The notes under the pieces were generated by a model that was not told where the DNA came from, did not search any database, and saw only the letters and a list, made by a program, of their open reading frames with translations. Both the position numbers and the translations under genes were made by a program. 56,977 nucleotides of DNA. Source: Candidatus Sumerlaeaceae bacterium (GTDB lineage Bacteria; Sumerlaeota; Sumerlaeia; Sumerlaeales; Sumerlaeaceae). Location of the stretch: the NCBI GenBank assembly GCA_051003195.1, contig JBPCLP010000048.1:1-56977 (forward strand), in the 5' to 3' direction. This document shows, in pieces, positions 1 through 10,613 of this stretch; position 1 is the stretch's first letter; each line of letters starts with the position of its first letter.

Positions 1-293
1 TCCTGGTGTTAAGCGCTCTACATCGCACTTACCCCGCCATACAGTTGAGTCGCTTTACGCTCGTTTAAGTAGCCACATGAAAAACGTACCCGAAATCAAA
101 GGTTTCATATTACTGAACATTACTATGATTTCGTTTGAAATCGGTCTGGTTTATTTGAGTTCCCAAGGCGAACAATCAATGCGCGTGCAGCCCTGCAAAC
201 AGCTCTAATCGCTCGGCTAATCATCAGCCGCGCTTGACACTCTTTGCGTCGACTCGAAAACCTCTCCGCCAAACTACGGTATGCGGGCGGGCG

Positions 294-1562
294 ATGCTGG
301 ATCTTAAGTGGGTGCGTGAAAACGCCGAGGTAGTGAAGAAGGGCGCTGAGTTAAAGAACGTCGAAGTAGACGTCGACGGCCTGCTGGAGCTCGATGTCCG
401 GCGGCGCGAGCTGGTTGGGCGCGTGGAAGAGCTTAAGCGCGACCGCAACGAATTATCGGCGGAAGTCGGCCGGCGGATGAAGGCCAAAGAGGACGCGGAA
501 CCAATTAAGCTGCGTGTGCGGGAGATCGGTGACGAATCGAAGGGGCTGGACGAGAGCCTGACCGCGATGGACGCAGAGCTGCGCCACCGCCTCCTGTGCA
601 TCCCGAATGTTCCGCACGAGAGTGTTCCGGCCGGGCGCGACGAATCAGAGAACCGCGTGCTGCGCGAGTGGGGTACCAAGCCGCAGTTCGATTTCCAGCC
701 GAAGGGGCACTGGGAGATCGGTGAGAAGCGCGGGATCATCAACTTTGAGCAGGGGACAAAAGTATCAGGCACTGGATTTATTGTCTATTCCGGGGCGGGG
801 GCACGGTTACAGCGCGCATTGATCAACTTCATGCTGGATCTGCACACGCTGCAGCACGGCTACACGGAAATCCTGCCGCCGTTCCTCGTCAGCCGCGACA
901 CAATGACGGGCACGGGCCAGCTCCCAAAATTTGAGGAGGACCTCTACCGGATCGATTCAGACGATATGTTCCTGATTCCGACGGCAGAGGTTCCGGTGAC
1001 CAACCTGCGCCGGGAGGAAATCGTTTCCGGGGCCGAGCTGCCGCTGTATTATGTGGCCTATACCCCTTGCTTTCGCCGCGAGGCTGGCAGCTACGGCAAA
1101 GAGACGCGCGGCATCACCCGCATCCACCAGTTCGATAAAGTCGAACTTGTCAAAATTGTGCGTCCGGAAGATTCGTTTTCGGAACTTGAGGCGCTGCTGG
1201 CGCAGGCCGAGGCCGTCTTGCAGGCGCTGAACCTGCATTATCGCGTGGTCGAAATTTGCACGGGCGACCTTGGTTTTTCAAACGTGAAGCAGTATGACCT
1301 GGAGGTATGGGCGCCAGGCATGGACCGCTACCTCGAAGTGTCGTCGTGTTCAAACTTCACCGACTACCAGGCCCGACGCGCCAACATCCGGTTTCGTCGG
1401 GAAGCGAACGCGAAGCCCGAGTTTGTACACACCTTGAACGGCAGCGGCCTTGCATTGCCTCGCACGATGATCGCGGTCCTGGAACAGTACCAGCAGGCGG
1501 ATGGAACGGTGCAGATTCCGCCTGTACTGCAACCGGCGATGCGCGTTGCACAACTGGGCTAG
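294..1562 (+). CDS. serS: Seryl-tRNA synthetase
   Basis: [10 protein letters not shown] start (ATG 294 preferred over TTG 234), N-terminal coiled coil, IPTAEVP, motif 2 [35 protein letters not shown] motif 3. Confidence 0.98.
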   Translation: MLDLKWVRENAEVVKKGAELKNVEVDVDGLLELDVRRRELVGRVEELKRDRNELSAEVGRRMKAKEDAEPIKLRVREIGDESKGLDESLTAMDAELRHRLLCIPNVPHESVPAGRDESENRVLREWGTKPQFDFQPKGHWEIGEKRGIINFEQGTKVSGTGFIVYSGAGARLQRALINFMLDLHTLQHGYTEILPPFLVSRDTMTGTGQLPKFEEDLYRIDSDDMFLIPTAEVPVTNLRREEIVSGAELPLYYVAYTPCFRREAGSYGKETRGITRIHQFDKVELVKIVRPEDSFSELEALLAQAEAVLQALNLHYRVVEICTGDLGFSNVKQYDLEVWAPGMDRYLEVSSCSNFTDYQARRANIRFRREANAKPEFVHTLNGSGLALPRTMIAVLEQYQQADGTVQIPPVLQPAMRVAQLG

Positions 1563-1585
1563 TCGGCCAAAGCTAATACGCACTC

Positions 1586-2170
1586 ATGAAACTGAAGATC
1601 ATTAAATATGGGCACCCGTTACTGCGTGAGAAGGCGCACGACGTAAAAGGTGTCGGCACGCGCGAACGTGAACTGATTGCTGCCATGGCGGAGACCATGT
1701 ACACCGCGCACGGCATTGGCCTGGCGGCAACGCAGGTTGGCGTGATGGAGCGGCTGTTTGTGGTGGATGTGGACCAGGATCGCGACGACGATGCCGAAGA
1801 CGCGGAAGGGTCGCGGCTGCTGCGCGTGTTCATCAATCCGGAGATTGTCGCCGAGTCCGAAGAGGACGAACCTTTCAAGGAAGGATGCCTCAGCATACCG
1901 GGCATTGACGGCGAGGTGTATAGACCGACCCGTGTCAAAGTTGTCGCGCGCGATGAGAACTTCCAGCCATTCGAAATCGAGGCGGACACGCTGCTGGCGC
2001 GTGTCATCCAGCATGAGCATGATCATCTGAATGGCGTGCTGTTTATCGACCGGCTCCCGCTTTTAAAGCGGCCACTCGTCGCGGGGTCCCTTAACAAGTT
2101 AAAAAAGGAAGTGCTCCAGGAACTGCCGTTGCTTTCGGGCGAGTATCCGATATGGGTTACAGAAGAATAA
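1586..2170 (+). CDS. def: Peptide deformylase
   Basis: All three PDF motifs: GIGLAATQVG, EGCLSIPG, QHEHDHLNG. Confidence 0.97.
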   Translation: MKLKIIKYGHPLLREKAHDVKGVGTRERELIAAMAETMYTAHGIGLAATQVGVMERLFVVDVDQDRDDDAEDAEGSRLLRVFINPEIVAESEEDEPFKEGCLSIPGIDGEVYRPTRVKVVARDENFQPFEIEADTLLARVIQHEHDHLNGVLFIDRLPLLKRPLVAGSLNKLKKEVLQELPLLSGEYPIWVTEE

Positions 2171-2220
2171 CCGAAAGTGTTTGCGTCGCGCATCTGCTTC
2201 CCTAGTTGCAACACGTGAGT

Positions 2221-2952
2221 ATGTCAGACCCCTCTCATTCGCCGGCTTCGCCCGAGGTTCACCTGTCGGTCGTGGTGCCCGCATACAATGAGGAGAAACG
2301 TCTCGGCGATTCGATGCCGGTCATTCTCGCGTACCTGGACGCACAGCCGTATACGTGGGAACTGGTGATCGTCGACGATGGCAGTTCCGACAGAACGTCG
2401 GAGATCGCGCAGTCGGTTGCCAAGCACCATTCCGTCCGCGTTTTGCGCAACGAGCCGAACCAGGGGAAAGGTTACTCCATCCGACGAGGTATGCTCGAAG
2501 CGCGTGGGAACTTTCGCCTTTTTTCAGATGCTGATCTATCTACACCCATTGAAGAACTGAGTAAGTTCTGGACATACATTGACCAGGGATACGACGTGGT
2601 AATCGGCTCGCGTGCGCTGCCGGATTCCGACCTCGCCGTGCGCCAGCCCGCAAGCCGGGAACTTGCCGGCCGCGTGTTCAATGCAGCTGTGCAGACCCTG
2701 CTGGTGCCAGGTCTGCTCGACACCCAATGCGGGTTTAAGCTGTTCAGTGCACGCGCTGCCGAGGCAATTTTCCCACAACAGACGCTCAAGGGTTTTGCAT
2801 TCGATGTGGAAGTCCTGATGCTGGCGCGCAAGTTTGGTTTCCGCATCAAAGAAGCGCCCGTGCGCTGGGTGGACGCGCCGGGCAGCAAGGTATCGACGTG
2901 GCGCGGGCTCATGGGTTTTGTAGACTTGGCGCTATTGAAATTAAAAAAGTAA
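2221..2952 (+). CDS. GT2 glycosyltransferase, dolichyl/polyprenyl-phosphate glucosyltransferase-like
   Basis: SVVVPAYNEE, VDDGSSD, NQGKG, DADL (DxD), DTQCGFKLF, FAFDVE. ATG 2221 is the likely start. Confidence 0.9.
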   Translation: MSDPSHSPASPEVHLSVVVPAYNEEKRLGDSMPVILAYLDAQPYTWELVIVDDGSSDRTSEIAQSVAKHHSVRVLRNEPNQGKGYSIRRGMLEARGNFRLFSDADLSTPIEELSKFWTYIDQGYDVVIGSRALPDSDLAVRQPASRELAGRVFNAAVQTLLVPGLLDTQCGFKLFSARAAEAIFPQQTLKGFAFDVEVLMLARKFGFRIKEAPVRWVDAPGSKVSTWRGLMGFVDLALLKLKK

Positions 2953-2957
2953 GCGCT

Positions 2958-3735
2958 TCAGCTAATCGTACAACGGCATGGTTTAAGCGGCCAGATCAAC
3001 ACGTCGAGCCGCCTGCTGAAATGCAATAGTGGCTCGGTTCGAATCGGACTAATGCCCGCAGCGGTCATCATGGTGTTCTTTTGAATCTCCGCGCCCGCCG
3101 GCTGGAGCGGCCACTGCCGGTGATGGATGTCGCCGCAGAACAGCATTCCGGTCCGATTCGTCGTGTAAAGGCAGTATCGTTCAGTGAGCCACCTTGCAAT
3201 CACATTGTCTTGAAGCGGTGTCTGCTCCGTCGGGCGGTAGTTTGCGATCAATTCGGCAGGAGCGCCGCGGCGGTCCGTTCGCCTGCTGGAATACTGGATA
3301 CCCCCACCACCCGCATCGCCGGTGCAACGCATCGTCGCGTGGAAGTAGGGGAGATGGTACCAGGCCCGGGCCGCAACAACGGCAACGCGACTGGCGGCAT
3401 CCAGGCTGAAAAAGTATACTCCAGGCTTGCCGTTAACGGTGACATAGGTGCGCACATTCAGCTCGGGAAAGCTCGAAAACCAGGGCAGGGAAGGCATGCC
3501 GCGCAGCCGCACATCGGTCATACGAAAGGGTACCACCCCCACCCATGCATTGCCGTCGTAGCTCGTCTAGTGTGAGGCAGCTCGGAACCTGCTGCTTTAG
3601 TTGGGCGCTGTCCACCGGCCAGTGCGCGAAAAGCAGATCGTGCCAGGATTGAAACATCACCCATGGTTCCGACTGGAGGGGATAGGGTCGATGTTCTATA
3701 GTCGCAGCTATGTCCTGCGGCTTTTCTTGTGGCAC
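2958..3735 (-). pseudogene. YqjF/DUF2071 family gene split by a single +1 frameshift near 3561-3564 (true pseudogene or sequencing error)
   Basis: N-terminal half HRPYPL..PWVMFQSWHDLLFAHWPVD (ORF 3433..3822) and C-terminal half WVGVVPFRM..FPELNVRTYV..PGVYFFSLDA..WLTERYCLY..HHRQWPLQ (ORF 2958..3542) are in different frames. Removing one base joins LTLDE to YDGNAWVGVVPF. Confidence 0.85.
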
Positions 3736-4020
3736 TTTGTCAGCCTCTGTCCGGGAATTTAGTTCCTTCGTACACCGGAATCTAATAACTCTCGCAATGC
3801 CGACCATACGATGTGAGCGCAATCAACACAACAACAATAGGATCAATCTCTTACATGGAAGTTCGCCTCGAACTGCGCTTTTGCAATGAAATGGGTAGAA
3901 TTTTGTTGCGGCCCGTTTTAGCGGCACGCACGGTCCCATCCGTTTGGGGCCGGAGCAGAACAAAAGTTTTTAATTTTTGCCTCTTTTCGTCCCGGAAAGA
4001 TGGGGGTTTGAGCAGAGAGC

Positions 4021-4038
4021 TTGTGAAAATTTTCTCAA
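4021..4038. promoter_or_regulatory. Putative Rex (NADH/NAD+ sensor) operator
   Basis: TTGTGAA-AATT-TTCTCAA matches the Rex consensus TTGTGAA-N4-TTCACAA with one mismatch and lies 83 nt upstream of the respiratory operon. Confidence 0.7.
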
Positions 4039-4120
4039 ACTTTGTCTTGATTCCCCTTCTAGCAGCGTTATCAGAAACACCCGGAAAACACGAAATTAGA
4101 CTTGGAGCTGGGCGCTAACT

Positions 4121-4810
4121 TTGCCTCAGGTATTCCATCGAAATAGTAATTACCGGTCAAAAATCGCTATCATGGCGATCGTTTTGCTTTTGGTGACGTC
4201 CTTTACTGCGGCCAACATCTGGTATTGGGGCCCGGGGGTTACCGGACAGGGGATTGCCAAAGTCCAGCCGGTTCAGTTCACGCATGAGCACCACGTTGGC
4301 GGATTGGGAATCGATTGCCGTTTCTGCCACTTCAACGTTGAGCGCGCTGGACTTGCGCAGGTGCCGCCCACCCGCGTCTGTATGAACTGCCACTCGCAGA
4401 TGTACACCGACGCCCAAATTCTTGAGCCCGTGCGCGAGAGCTGGCGGTCAGACATGCCGATCCCATGGGTGAAGGTCCATAACCTCTCCGACTTTGTCTA
4501 CTTTAACCACAGTGCGCATGTGAATAAGGGTATTGGCTGCGCCGAATGTCACGGCCGTGTGGATCACATGCCGCTGATGTACCAGGCGAGTTCGCTGCAC
4601 ATGGCCTGGTGCCTGCAGTGCCACATGGACCCTGAGCAGTTCGTCCGTCCGAAGAACAAAATCACCGACATGGCTTACAAACACCCAAGCAATGCCCAGG
4701 CAAAGGACATCGAATTGGCCGGAGCGAGCGACAAGAAGGTCAGCCAGCACGAGTTGGCCAAAGAGTACAATGTTCAAAGCAAAACCAGTTGTTCGACTTG
4801 CCACCGATGA
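4121..4810 (+). CDS. actA: Alternative complex III pentaheme cytochrome c subunit
   Basis: N-terminal TM helix; five CxxCH motifs (CRFCH, CMNCH, CAECH, CLQCH, CSTCH); QPVQFTHEHH and DFVYFNHSAH signatures. Confidence 0.95.
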   Translation: MPQVFHRNSNYRSKIAIMAIVLLLVTSFTAANIWYWGPGVTGQGIAKVQPVQFTHEHHVGGLGIDCRFCHFNVERAGLAQVPPTRVCMNCHSQMYTDAQILEPVRESWRSDMPIPWVKVHNLSDFVYFNHSAHVNKGIGCAECHGRVDHMPLMYQASSLHMAWCLQCHMDPEQFVRPKNKITDMAYKHPSNAQAKDIELAGASDKKVSQHELAKEYNVQSKTSCSTCHR

Positions 4811-7800
4811 CCACTGCCACGACCCGCAATAAGATTGATTATAGCGAGCTGCAGGAACGCCTGAAATCCCGTAAGGGGCGTGAGTACTGGCGCAGCCTTG
4901 AAGAGCTTGCCAAGACACCCGAGTTCCAGCAGCAGATGGCAGAAGAGTTTTCGTCCCAGCAGGAAAAGTGGATCGACCCGGTGACGCGGCGCAATTTCCT
5001 AAAGCTCATGGGTGCATCGATCGCGTTCTCCGGTCTAACTGCGTGCGATTTCCAAAAGCCTGATGAGTTGATCCTGCCCTACGTCAAGCAGCCGGAGCAA
5101 CTGGTGCTTGGAAAGTCGCTGTTTTTTGCGACCGCCATTCCATACAACGGCTTTGGCTATCCGGTGCTGGTTGAAAGCCACGAAGGCCGCCCAACCAAGA
5201 TTGAGGGGAATCCGGATCACCCATATAGCCAGGGCGCAACCTTTGCCTGGATGCAGGGGTCCATATTATCTCTGTACGATCCCGACCGTTCCCAGATTGT
5301 CTTGCACAACGGCGCCATGGATAACTGGGGCGGGTTTGTCGAGGGCCTGCGGCTTGCGCTCTCCAAGTTATCGGGTGGCGAAGGGCTGCGGATTCTCACC
5401 GAAACCGTCACCTCCCCGACGCTTGCCTGGCAAATGGAGCAGGTGATGAAGCAACACCCTGCTGCGAAGTGGGTTCAGTACGATCCGTGTGGCCGTGACA
5501 ATGTGCGCGAAGGTGCGCGGCTGGCGTTTGGCGACTACGCCGATACACATTACCGTTTCGACAAAGCTGATGTCGTGCTGGCGCTGGATTCCGATTTCAT
5601 GGTGGAAGGTCCTTCGGCGCTTCGCTATTCCAAGGAGTTCTCGCGAAGACGGCGTGTTCGCACGACGCAAGATGCAATGGCGCGCCTGTACGTGGTCGAG
5701 CACTCGCTGACCTGCACTGGAAGCATTGCGGATCACCGGCTGCCCTTGAAGCCATCGGATGTTGTACGGTTTGCGAGCTCGCTCGCGGCAGCGGTTGGTG
5801 TGGCCGGGGTTTCGAAAGAAGACGCGGCTCCTGACCAAAAGTTCCTCGATGCGGTTGTGAAGGACCTCCAGGCCAACAAGGGCAAAGCCGTTGTAACCGT
5901 TGGCGATGATGCGCCAGCTGTTCTGCATGCGCTGGCTCACGCGATCAACGCTGCCCTCGGTGCAGTGGGGCAGACGGTTGTTTACTCGGATCCCGTGGAA
6001 GTTCGCCCATCAAACCAGGCAGCGGACCTGGCTGCGCTGGTAGCCGACATGAACGCCGGCAAGGTGCATGCGCTTCTAATACTGGGTGGAAACCCAGTAT
6101 ACAACACGCCCGTCGACTTAAATTTCACCAAGGCGTTGGAAAAAGTCGCGTTCCGCGCCCATCTCAGTGAGTCAGTGGATGAAACCTCCAGTGTCTGCCA
6201 TTGGCATGTACCACAGGCGCACTTCCTTGAAACGTGGAGTGACATCCGCGTAGCCGACGGAAGCGTCAGCATCGTTCAACCACTGATAGCACCGCTGTTT
6301 GGTGCGAAGTCTTCGCATGAGCTGCTCGCGAATCTGCACGGCCAGGCAGGACAGAGCGGGTTTGATATCGTGCAGGGTTACTGGAAATCGCAACGTCCCG
6401 CAGATGCGACGTTCGACAAAAGCTGGAGACGGGCACTGCACGATGGCTTTGTCGTTAACACGAGCGCGAAAGAGCGGTCAGTAACGGCGAAAACCGATGC
6501 TGCTGCATTTCCGAAGTCCCCAGCTGTGCAGGGAATGGAACTTATCCTTCGTGCCGACAGTGCGATCCGAGATGGCCGGTTTGCGAATTGCGGCTGGCTG
6601 CAGGAATTACCAAAGGCCTTCACGAAAGTAACGTGGGATAATGTTGCGCTCATCAGCCCGCGCACCGCCGCAGAGCTTAAGCTACAGACCGAAGATCTCG
6701 TGAAGCTGAAGGTTGGCACTCAGAGCGTTAACATGCCGATCTGTGTAATGGCGGGCCACGCTGACAATTGCATGACAGTCCAACTGGGATTCGGTCGCGC
6801 CAAGGCAGGACGCGTCGCGATAAATGATGAGGGGCACCCGCACGGGCATAACTCCTACGTGCTGCTGCATTCCCACATTCCAGCCACCGGTGGTGCGGTT
6901 ACAGTTCAGGCTGGCCTGGGCAAATATCTCCTCGCGCGCACGCAGACGCACTTCACAATCGACAATATCGATATTCCCGCCATGGAAAAGGCGAACGAGT
7001 TCGAGTCACTGAAGTTGAAACATCGTGGACTGGTACGCCGCGCGTCGCTAGAGGAGTATCGCAAGGACGAGCATTTCGCGGCCGAGCAGGGCCCTCCAGC
7101 GCCGCACAGAGACATGGACTTGTATGCTGGCGCATGGCGCTACGATCACAAGACACCAGACGGCAAGAACATGCAGTATGCATGGGGCATGGTGATCGAT
7201 ACGAGTGCCTGCCACGGTTGTAATGCCTGTGTCGCTGCATGCGTGGCCGAGAACAATATTCCGGTTGTGGGTAAGAACGAGGTCAGGCGGCAGCACGAGA
7301 TGCACTGGCTGCGCATCGATCAGTATTACACTGGCGATCTTGAAAACCCTGAAGTCTATAATCAGCCGCTGCCGTGCATGCACTGCGAAAACGCACCGTG
7401 CGAAGTCGTTTGTCCCGTTGCGGCCACGACGCACAGTGAGCAGGGCACCAATGACATGATCTACAACCGCTGCGTGGGCACCCGCTTCTGCTCCAATAAC
7501 TGCCCATATAAAGTCCGGCGTTTTAACTACTTCCAGTACGCGGACTTCCATACGCCGATAAAAAAGATGCTGAACAATCCGGATGTTTCAGTGCGCTCGC
7601 GCGGTGTGATGGAAAAGTGCACCTATTGCATCCAGCGGATTGCGCAGGGCCGGATCGAAGCAGAAAACGAAGGGCGGCGCGTCAAAGACGGCGAGATAGT
7701 CACAGCCTGCGCAGCCACATGCCCGACCGATGCAATCATCTTCGGTGACATCAACGATCCAAACAGCCAGGTTGCCAAGTTGAAGGCGAATCCCCTCAGC

Positions 7801-7932
7801 TATGGACTGCTGGTCGATCTTAATACCAAGCCGCGCACCACGTACATGGCGGCAGTCCGCAACGAGAATCCGGATATTCCCAAGGTGGCGAGTGAGCATG
7901 CCGCGCCTGCAAAGAAGGAACATAAAGCCTGA
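4807..7932 (+). CDS. actB: Alternative complex III ActB (molybdopterin-oxidoreductase-like domain fused to Fe-S domain)
   Basis: ATG 4807 overlaps the actA stop (ATGA); YWRSLEEL; Tat motif TRRNFLKLMG; EGRPTKIEGNPDHP; C-terminal CHGCNACVAAC, CMHCENAPC, CVGTRFCSNNCPY, EKCTYC. Confidence 0.96.
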   Translation: MTTATTRNKIDYSELQERLKSRKGREYWRSLEELAKTPEFQQQMAEEFSSQQEKWIDPVTRRNFLKLMGASIAFSGLTACDFQKPDELILPYVKQPEQLVLGKSLFFATAIPYNGFGYPVLVESHEGRPTKIEGNPDHPYSQGATFAWMQGSILSLYDPDRSQIVLHNGAMDNWGGFVEGLRLALSKLSGGEGLRILTETVTSPTLAWQMEQVMKQHPAAKWVQYDPCGRDNVREGARLAFGDYADTHYRFDKADVVLALDSDFMVEGPSALRYSKEFSRRRRVRTTQDAMARLYVVEHSLTCTGSIADHRLPLKPSDVVRFASSLAAAVGVAGVSKEDAAPDQKFLDAVVKDLQANKGKAVVTVGDDAPAVLHALAHAINAALGAVGQTVVYSDPVEVRPSNQAADLAALVADMNAGKVHALLILGGNPVYNTPVDLNFTKALEKVAFRAHLSESVDETSSVCHWHVPQAHFLETWSDIRVADGSVSIVQPLIAPLFGAKSSHELLANLHGQAGQSGFDIVQGYWKSQRPADATFDKSWRRALHDGFVVNTSAKERSVTAKTDAAAFPKSPAVQGMELILRADSAIRDGRFANCGWLQELPKAFTKVTWDNVALISPRTAAELKLQTEDLVKLKVGTQSVNMPICVMAGHADNCMTVQLGFGRAKAGRVAINDEGHPHGHNSYVLLHSHIPATGGAVTVQAGLGKYLLARTQTHFTIDNIDIPAMEKANEFESLKLKHRGLVRRASLEEYRKDEHFAAEQGPPAPHRDMDLYAGAWRYDHKTPDGKNMQYAWGMVIDTSACHGCNACVAACVAENNIPVVGKNEVRRQHEMHWLRIDQYYTGDLENPEVYNQPLPCMHCENAPCEVVCPVAATTHSEQGTNDMIYNRCVGTRFCSNNCPYKVRRFNYFQYADFHTPIKKMLNNPDVSVRSRGVMEKCTYCIQRIAQGRIEAENEGRRVKDGEIVTACAATCPTDAIIFGDINDPNSQVAKLKANPLSYGLLVDLNTKPRTTYMAAVRNENPDIPKVASEHAAPAKKEHKA

Positions 7933-9350
7933 TGTCGACGCCTGACTATCCACATCAAGCAATTCCAGACGCGGCGGAGCAGTACAAGCCGTACGCGCCG
8001 CCGCCCGTCGTTGCGCCGGGTGAGACGCTTTCGTCGGTCACGCACAAGATCGCCGACATCGTTCTGCAGCGGAATACTCCGCGCGGCTGGGTCATCGGTT
8101 TCCTGATTTCTTCCGCCTTTTACGCGATGATGCTCATGTCCATCGCATGGCTGCTCTACTGGGGTGTCGGGGTATGGGGTAATAACATCCCCGTGGCGTG
8201 GGCTTTCGATATTATTAACTTCGTCTGGTGGATCGGTATCGGTCACGCCGGAACCCTGATTTCGGCCATTCTGCTGCTATTCCGCCAGCAATGGCGAACG
8301 AGTATTAACCGATTTGCCGAGGCCATGACTTTGTTCGCTGTGGCTTGCGCCGGACTGTTCCCATTATTGCATACCGGACGCCCCTGGTACGACTACTTCC
8401 TTCTGCCCTACATTAATACCTTACGAATGTGGCCGCAGTTTCGCAGCCCGCTTGTATGGGACGTCTTCGCCGTATCGACGTATGGTACAGTGTCGCTGCT
8501 GTTCTGGTATGTAGGTCTCATCCCTGACCTTGCTACCATGCGCGACCGCGTAAAAAATCCGATCGGGCGCAAGCTTTATGGTGCGTTCGCGCTGGGATGG
8601 CGCGGTTCCGCGCGGCATTGGCACCGTTACGAAAAAGCATACCTGATTCTCGCCGGTCTTTCAACGCCGCTAGTGCTATCCGTCCACTCCGTCATCAGCT
8701 TCGACTTCTCCGTGGCCCAGTTGCCAGGATGGCACGCGACCATTTTTCCCCCGTACTTTGTCGCCGGCGCTATTTTTGCCGGTTTCGCGATGGTGCTTAC
8801 GCTGATGATACCTGTGCGATGGGCCTACGGTTTGCACGCCGTGATGACTGACCGGCATTTGCAGAACATGGCCAAGGTTATGCTCGTGGCCGGTCTTATC
8901 GTAGCCTACGGTTATTTCTGCGAAGCTTTCTACGCCTGGTACAGCGGCAGCCATTGGGAACGCTACATGATGATCAATCGTGTGATGGGTCCCATGGGAT
9001 GGGCGTATTGGCTGCTAATCCTCACGAACATTCTTATTCCACAGCTGCTGTGGATCAAACCGGTTCGTTCGAACGTTTACTGGCTGTTTGCGATTTCCAT
9101 GTCCATAAACGTAGGCATGTGGCTGGAACGCTTTGTCATCATCGTCGTCAGTCTCAGCCGCGACTTCCTGCCCTCCTCGTGGGCAATGTACGAGCCGACG
9201 CGCTGGGATTTCGGGCTGTTCTTCGGTACCATTGGCCAGTTCATGTTCATGACGTTCCTGTTTATCCGGCTGCTGCCGATGATCTCGGTAGCAGAGGTTA
9301 GGCACCTGTTGCCGGAGTCCAAGGTTAAGCTGAAGGAGGCGCACCATTGA
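7932..9350 (+). CDS. actC: Alternative complex III quinol-binding NrfD-family membrane subunit
   Basis: WAFDIINFVWWIGIGHAGTLISAIL, WRTSINRFAEAMT, SPLVWDVFAVSTY, TPLVLSVHS, WHATIFPPYFVAGAI. Confidence 0.96.
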   Translation: MSTPDYPHQAIPDAAEQYKPYAPPPVVAPGETLSSVTHKIADIVLQRNTPRGWVIGFLISSAFYAMMLMSIAWLLYWGVGVWGNNIPVAWAFDIINFVWWIGIGHAGTLISAILLLFRQQWRTSINRFAEAMTLFAVACAGLFPLLHTGRPWYDYFLLPYINTLRMWPQFRSPLVWDVFAVSTYGTVSLLFWYVGLIPDLATMRDRVKNPIGRKLYGAFALGWRGSARHWHRYEKAYLILAGLSTPLVLSVHSVISFDFSVAQLPGWHATIFPPYFVAGAIFAGFAMVLTLMIPVRWAYGLHAVMTDRHLQNMAKVMLVAGLIVAYGYFCEAFYAWYSGSHWERYMMINRVMGPMGWAYWLLILTNILIPQLLWIKPVRSNVYWLFAISMSINVGMWLERFVIIVVSLSRDFLPSSWAMYEPTRWDFGLFFGTIGQFMFMTFLFIRLLPMISVAEVRHLLPESKVKLKEAHH

Positions 9351-9913
9351 TATCTGCTGAAAGCGCCCATGGCGTTCATGCTTACCCTGGCGTTTACGGC
9401 CTGCTGGCTGAATTCAAGACTACGACGGAACTGGTAGAAGCCGCATACGCCGCAACCCGTGCTGGCTACACACATACCGATGGGTACAGCCCATTTCCGA
9501 TCGCCGAAATGGACGACGCACTGCAGATTCGAAAGACCAGGATTCCATGGCTGATCTTGTGCGCCGGACTCACGGGCTGCTTTGGTGGATTCGGGATGCA
9601 GTGGTTTGCAAACGTGGTTCACTACCCGATTAACATTGGCGGCCGGCCGCTGAACTCGTGGCCGATGTTTATTCCGGTGACATTCGAGCTTACGATTCTT
9701 TTGTCCGCACTCACCGCGGTATTTGGCATGCTGATCATCAACGGTTTTCCGCAGCCGTACCATCCGGTCTTTAACGTGCCATCTTTCGCGCATGCCAGCC
9801 AGGACAGCTTTTTCTTACTGATCGAGTCGTCAGACCCGAAGTTTGATCGAGACGGAACGATGGATTTTATGAGAAGCCTGAACGCGCACGAGGTAACCGA
9901 AGTTGCGCCTTAA
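9347..9913 (+). CDS. actD: Alternative complex III ActD (DUF3341)
   Basis: GLLAEF, YSPFPI, YPINIGGRP..SWPMFIPVTFELTIL, two TM helices, position in operon. Confidence 0.93.
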   Translation: MISAESAHGVHAYPGVYGLLAEFKTTTELVEAAYAATRAGYTHTDGYSPFPIAEMDDALQIRKTRIPWLILCAGLTGCFGGFGMQWFANVVHYPINIGGRPLNSWPMFIPVTFELTILLSALTAVFGMLIINGFPQPYHPVFNVPSFAHASQDSFFLLIESSDPKFDRDGTMDFMRSLNAHEVTEVAP

Positions 9914-10613
9914 CACTCACTTCATGCGTAGCAGAGTGGCTTCGCGCCGTGGCTCCGTCGGCTGGCTCATTTTGGCCGCTGCAGTGGTTGTTGCTCTTGC
10001 CGGTTGCCAGCAGCAGATGGCATATCAGCCAAGTTACAAGCCGCAGGACGGTAGCGAGCTGTTTGCCGATGGTCGCGCTGCGCGACCAGTAGTTGCCAAC
10101 ACGGTATACCGCGGAAACCTTCGCGAGGACGACGCGCTGTGGACCGGCAAGGTTAACGGCAAGGAAGTTGAGAAGTTCCCAATCAGCATCACGCAGGAAG
10201 TCATCGAACGGGGCCAGCAGAGGTTTAACATCTACTGCCAGCCGTGCCACGGTCGACTGGGTGACGGCAACGGGATGGTAGTCCAGCGCGGCGTCAGCCG
10301 GCCACCCTCCTATACCGATGATCGACTACTTACTGCGCCCGCAGGTCACATCTTTGATGTTATCACCAACGGCTGGGGCCGAATGTATCCCTACGATCAT
10401 ATCTCTGTGCGTGATCGTTGGGCGATCGTTTCTTATGTTAAGGCACTGCAGTTGAGCCAGAAAGCCACGATTAATGAAGTTCCAGAGAACGAGCGCGCTG
10501 ACTTGCAGAAGAAGGACAACGATCCTCCCGCCCTGCACGCAATGGTCCAACAGACTCTTCTCATCGACAATAAAGGCCGAGCAACTGGCAAAGCCCCTGG
10601 AGGTCATGAGTGA
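9903..10613 (+). CDS. actE: Alternative complex III monoheme cytochrome c lipoprotein
   Basis: Lipobox LAGC, MAYQP, RGQQRFNIYCQPCHG, GHIFDVITNG, DRWAIVSY. The start may be ATG 9924. Confidence 0.93.
   Translation: MRLNTHFMRSRVASRRGSVGWLILAAAVVVALAGCQQQMAYQPSYKPQDGSELFADGRAARPVVANTVYRGNLREDDALWTGKVNGKEVEKFPISITQEVIERGQQRFNIYCQPCHGRLGDGNGMVVQRGVSRPPSYTDDRLLTAPAGHIFDVITNGWGRMYPYDHISVRDRWAIVSYVKALQLSQKATINEVPENERADLQKKDNDPPALHAMVQQTLLIDNKGRATGKAPGGHE

Noticed and set aside
1..293. T-box or promoter in the serS leader (TTGACA at 234-239; GATTTC-N4-GAAATC at 127-142)
   Set aside because: No T-box consensus or terminator seen; TTGACA has no convincing -10 at 16-18 bp; the short palindrome alone is insufficient.
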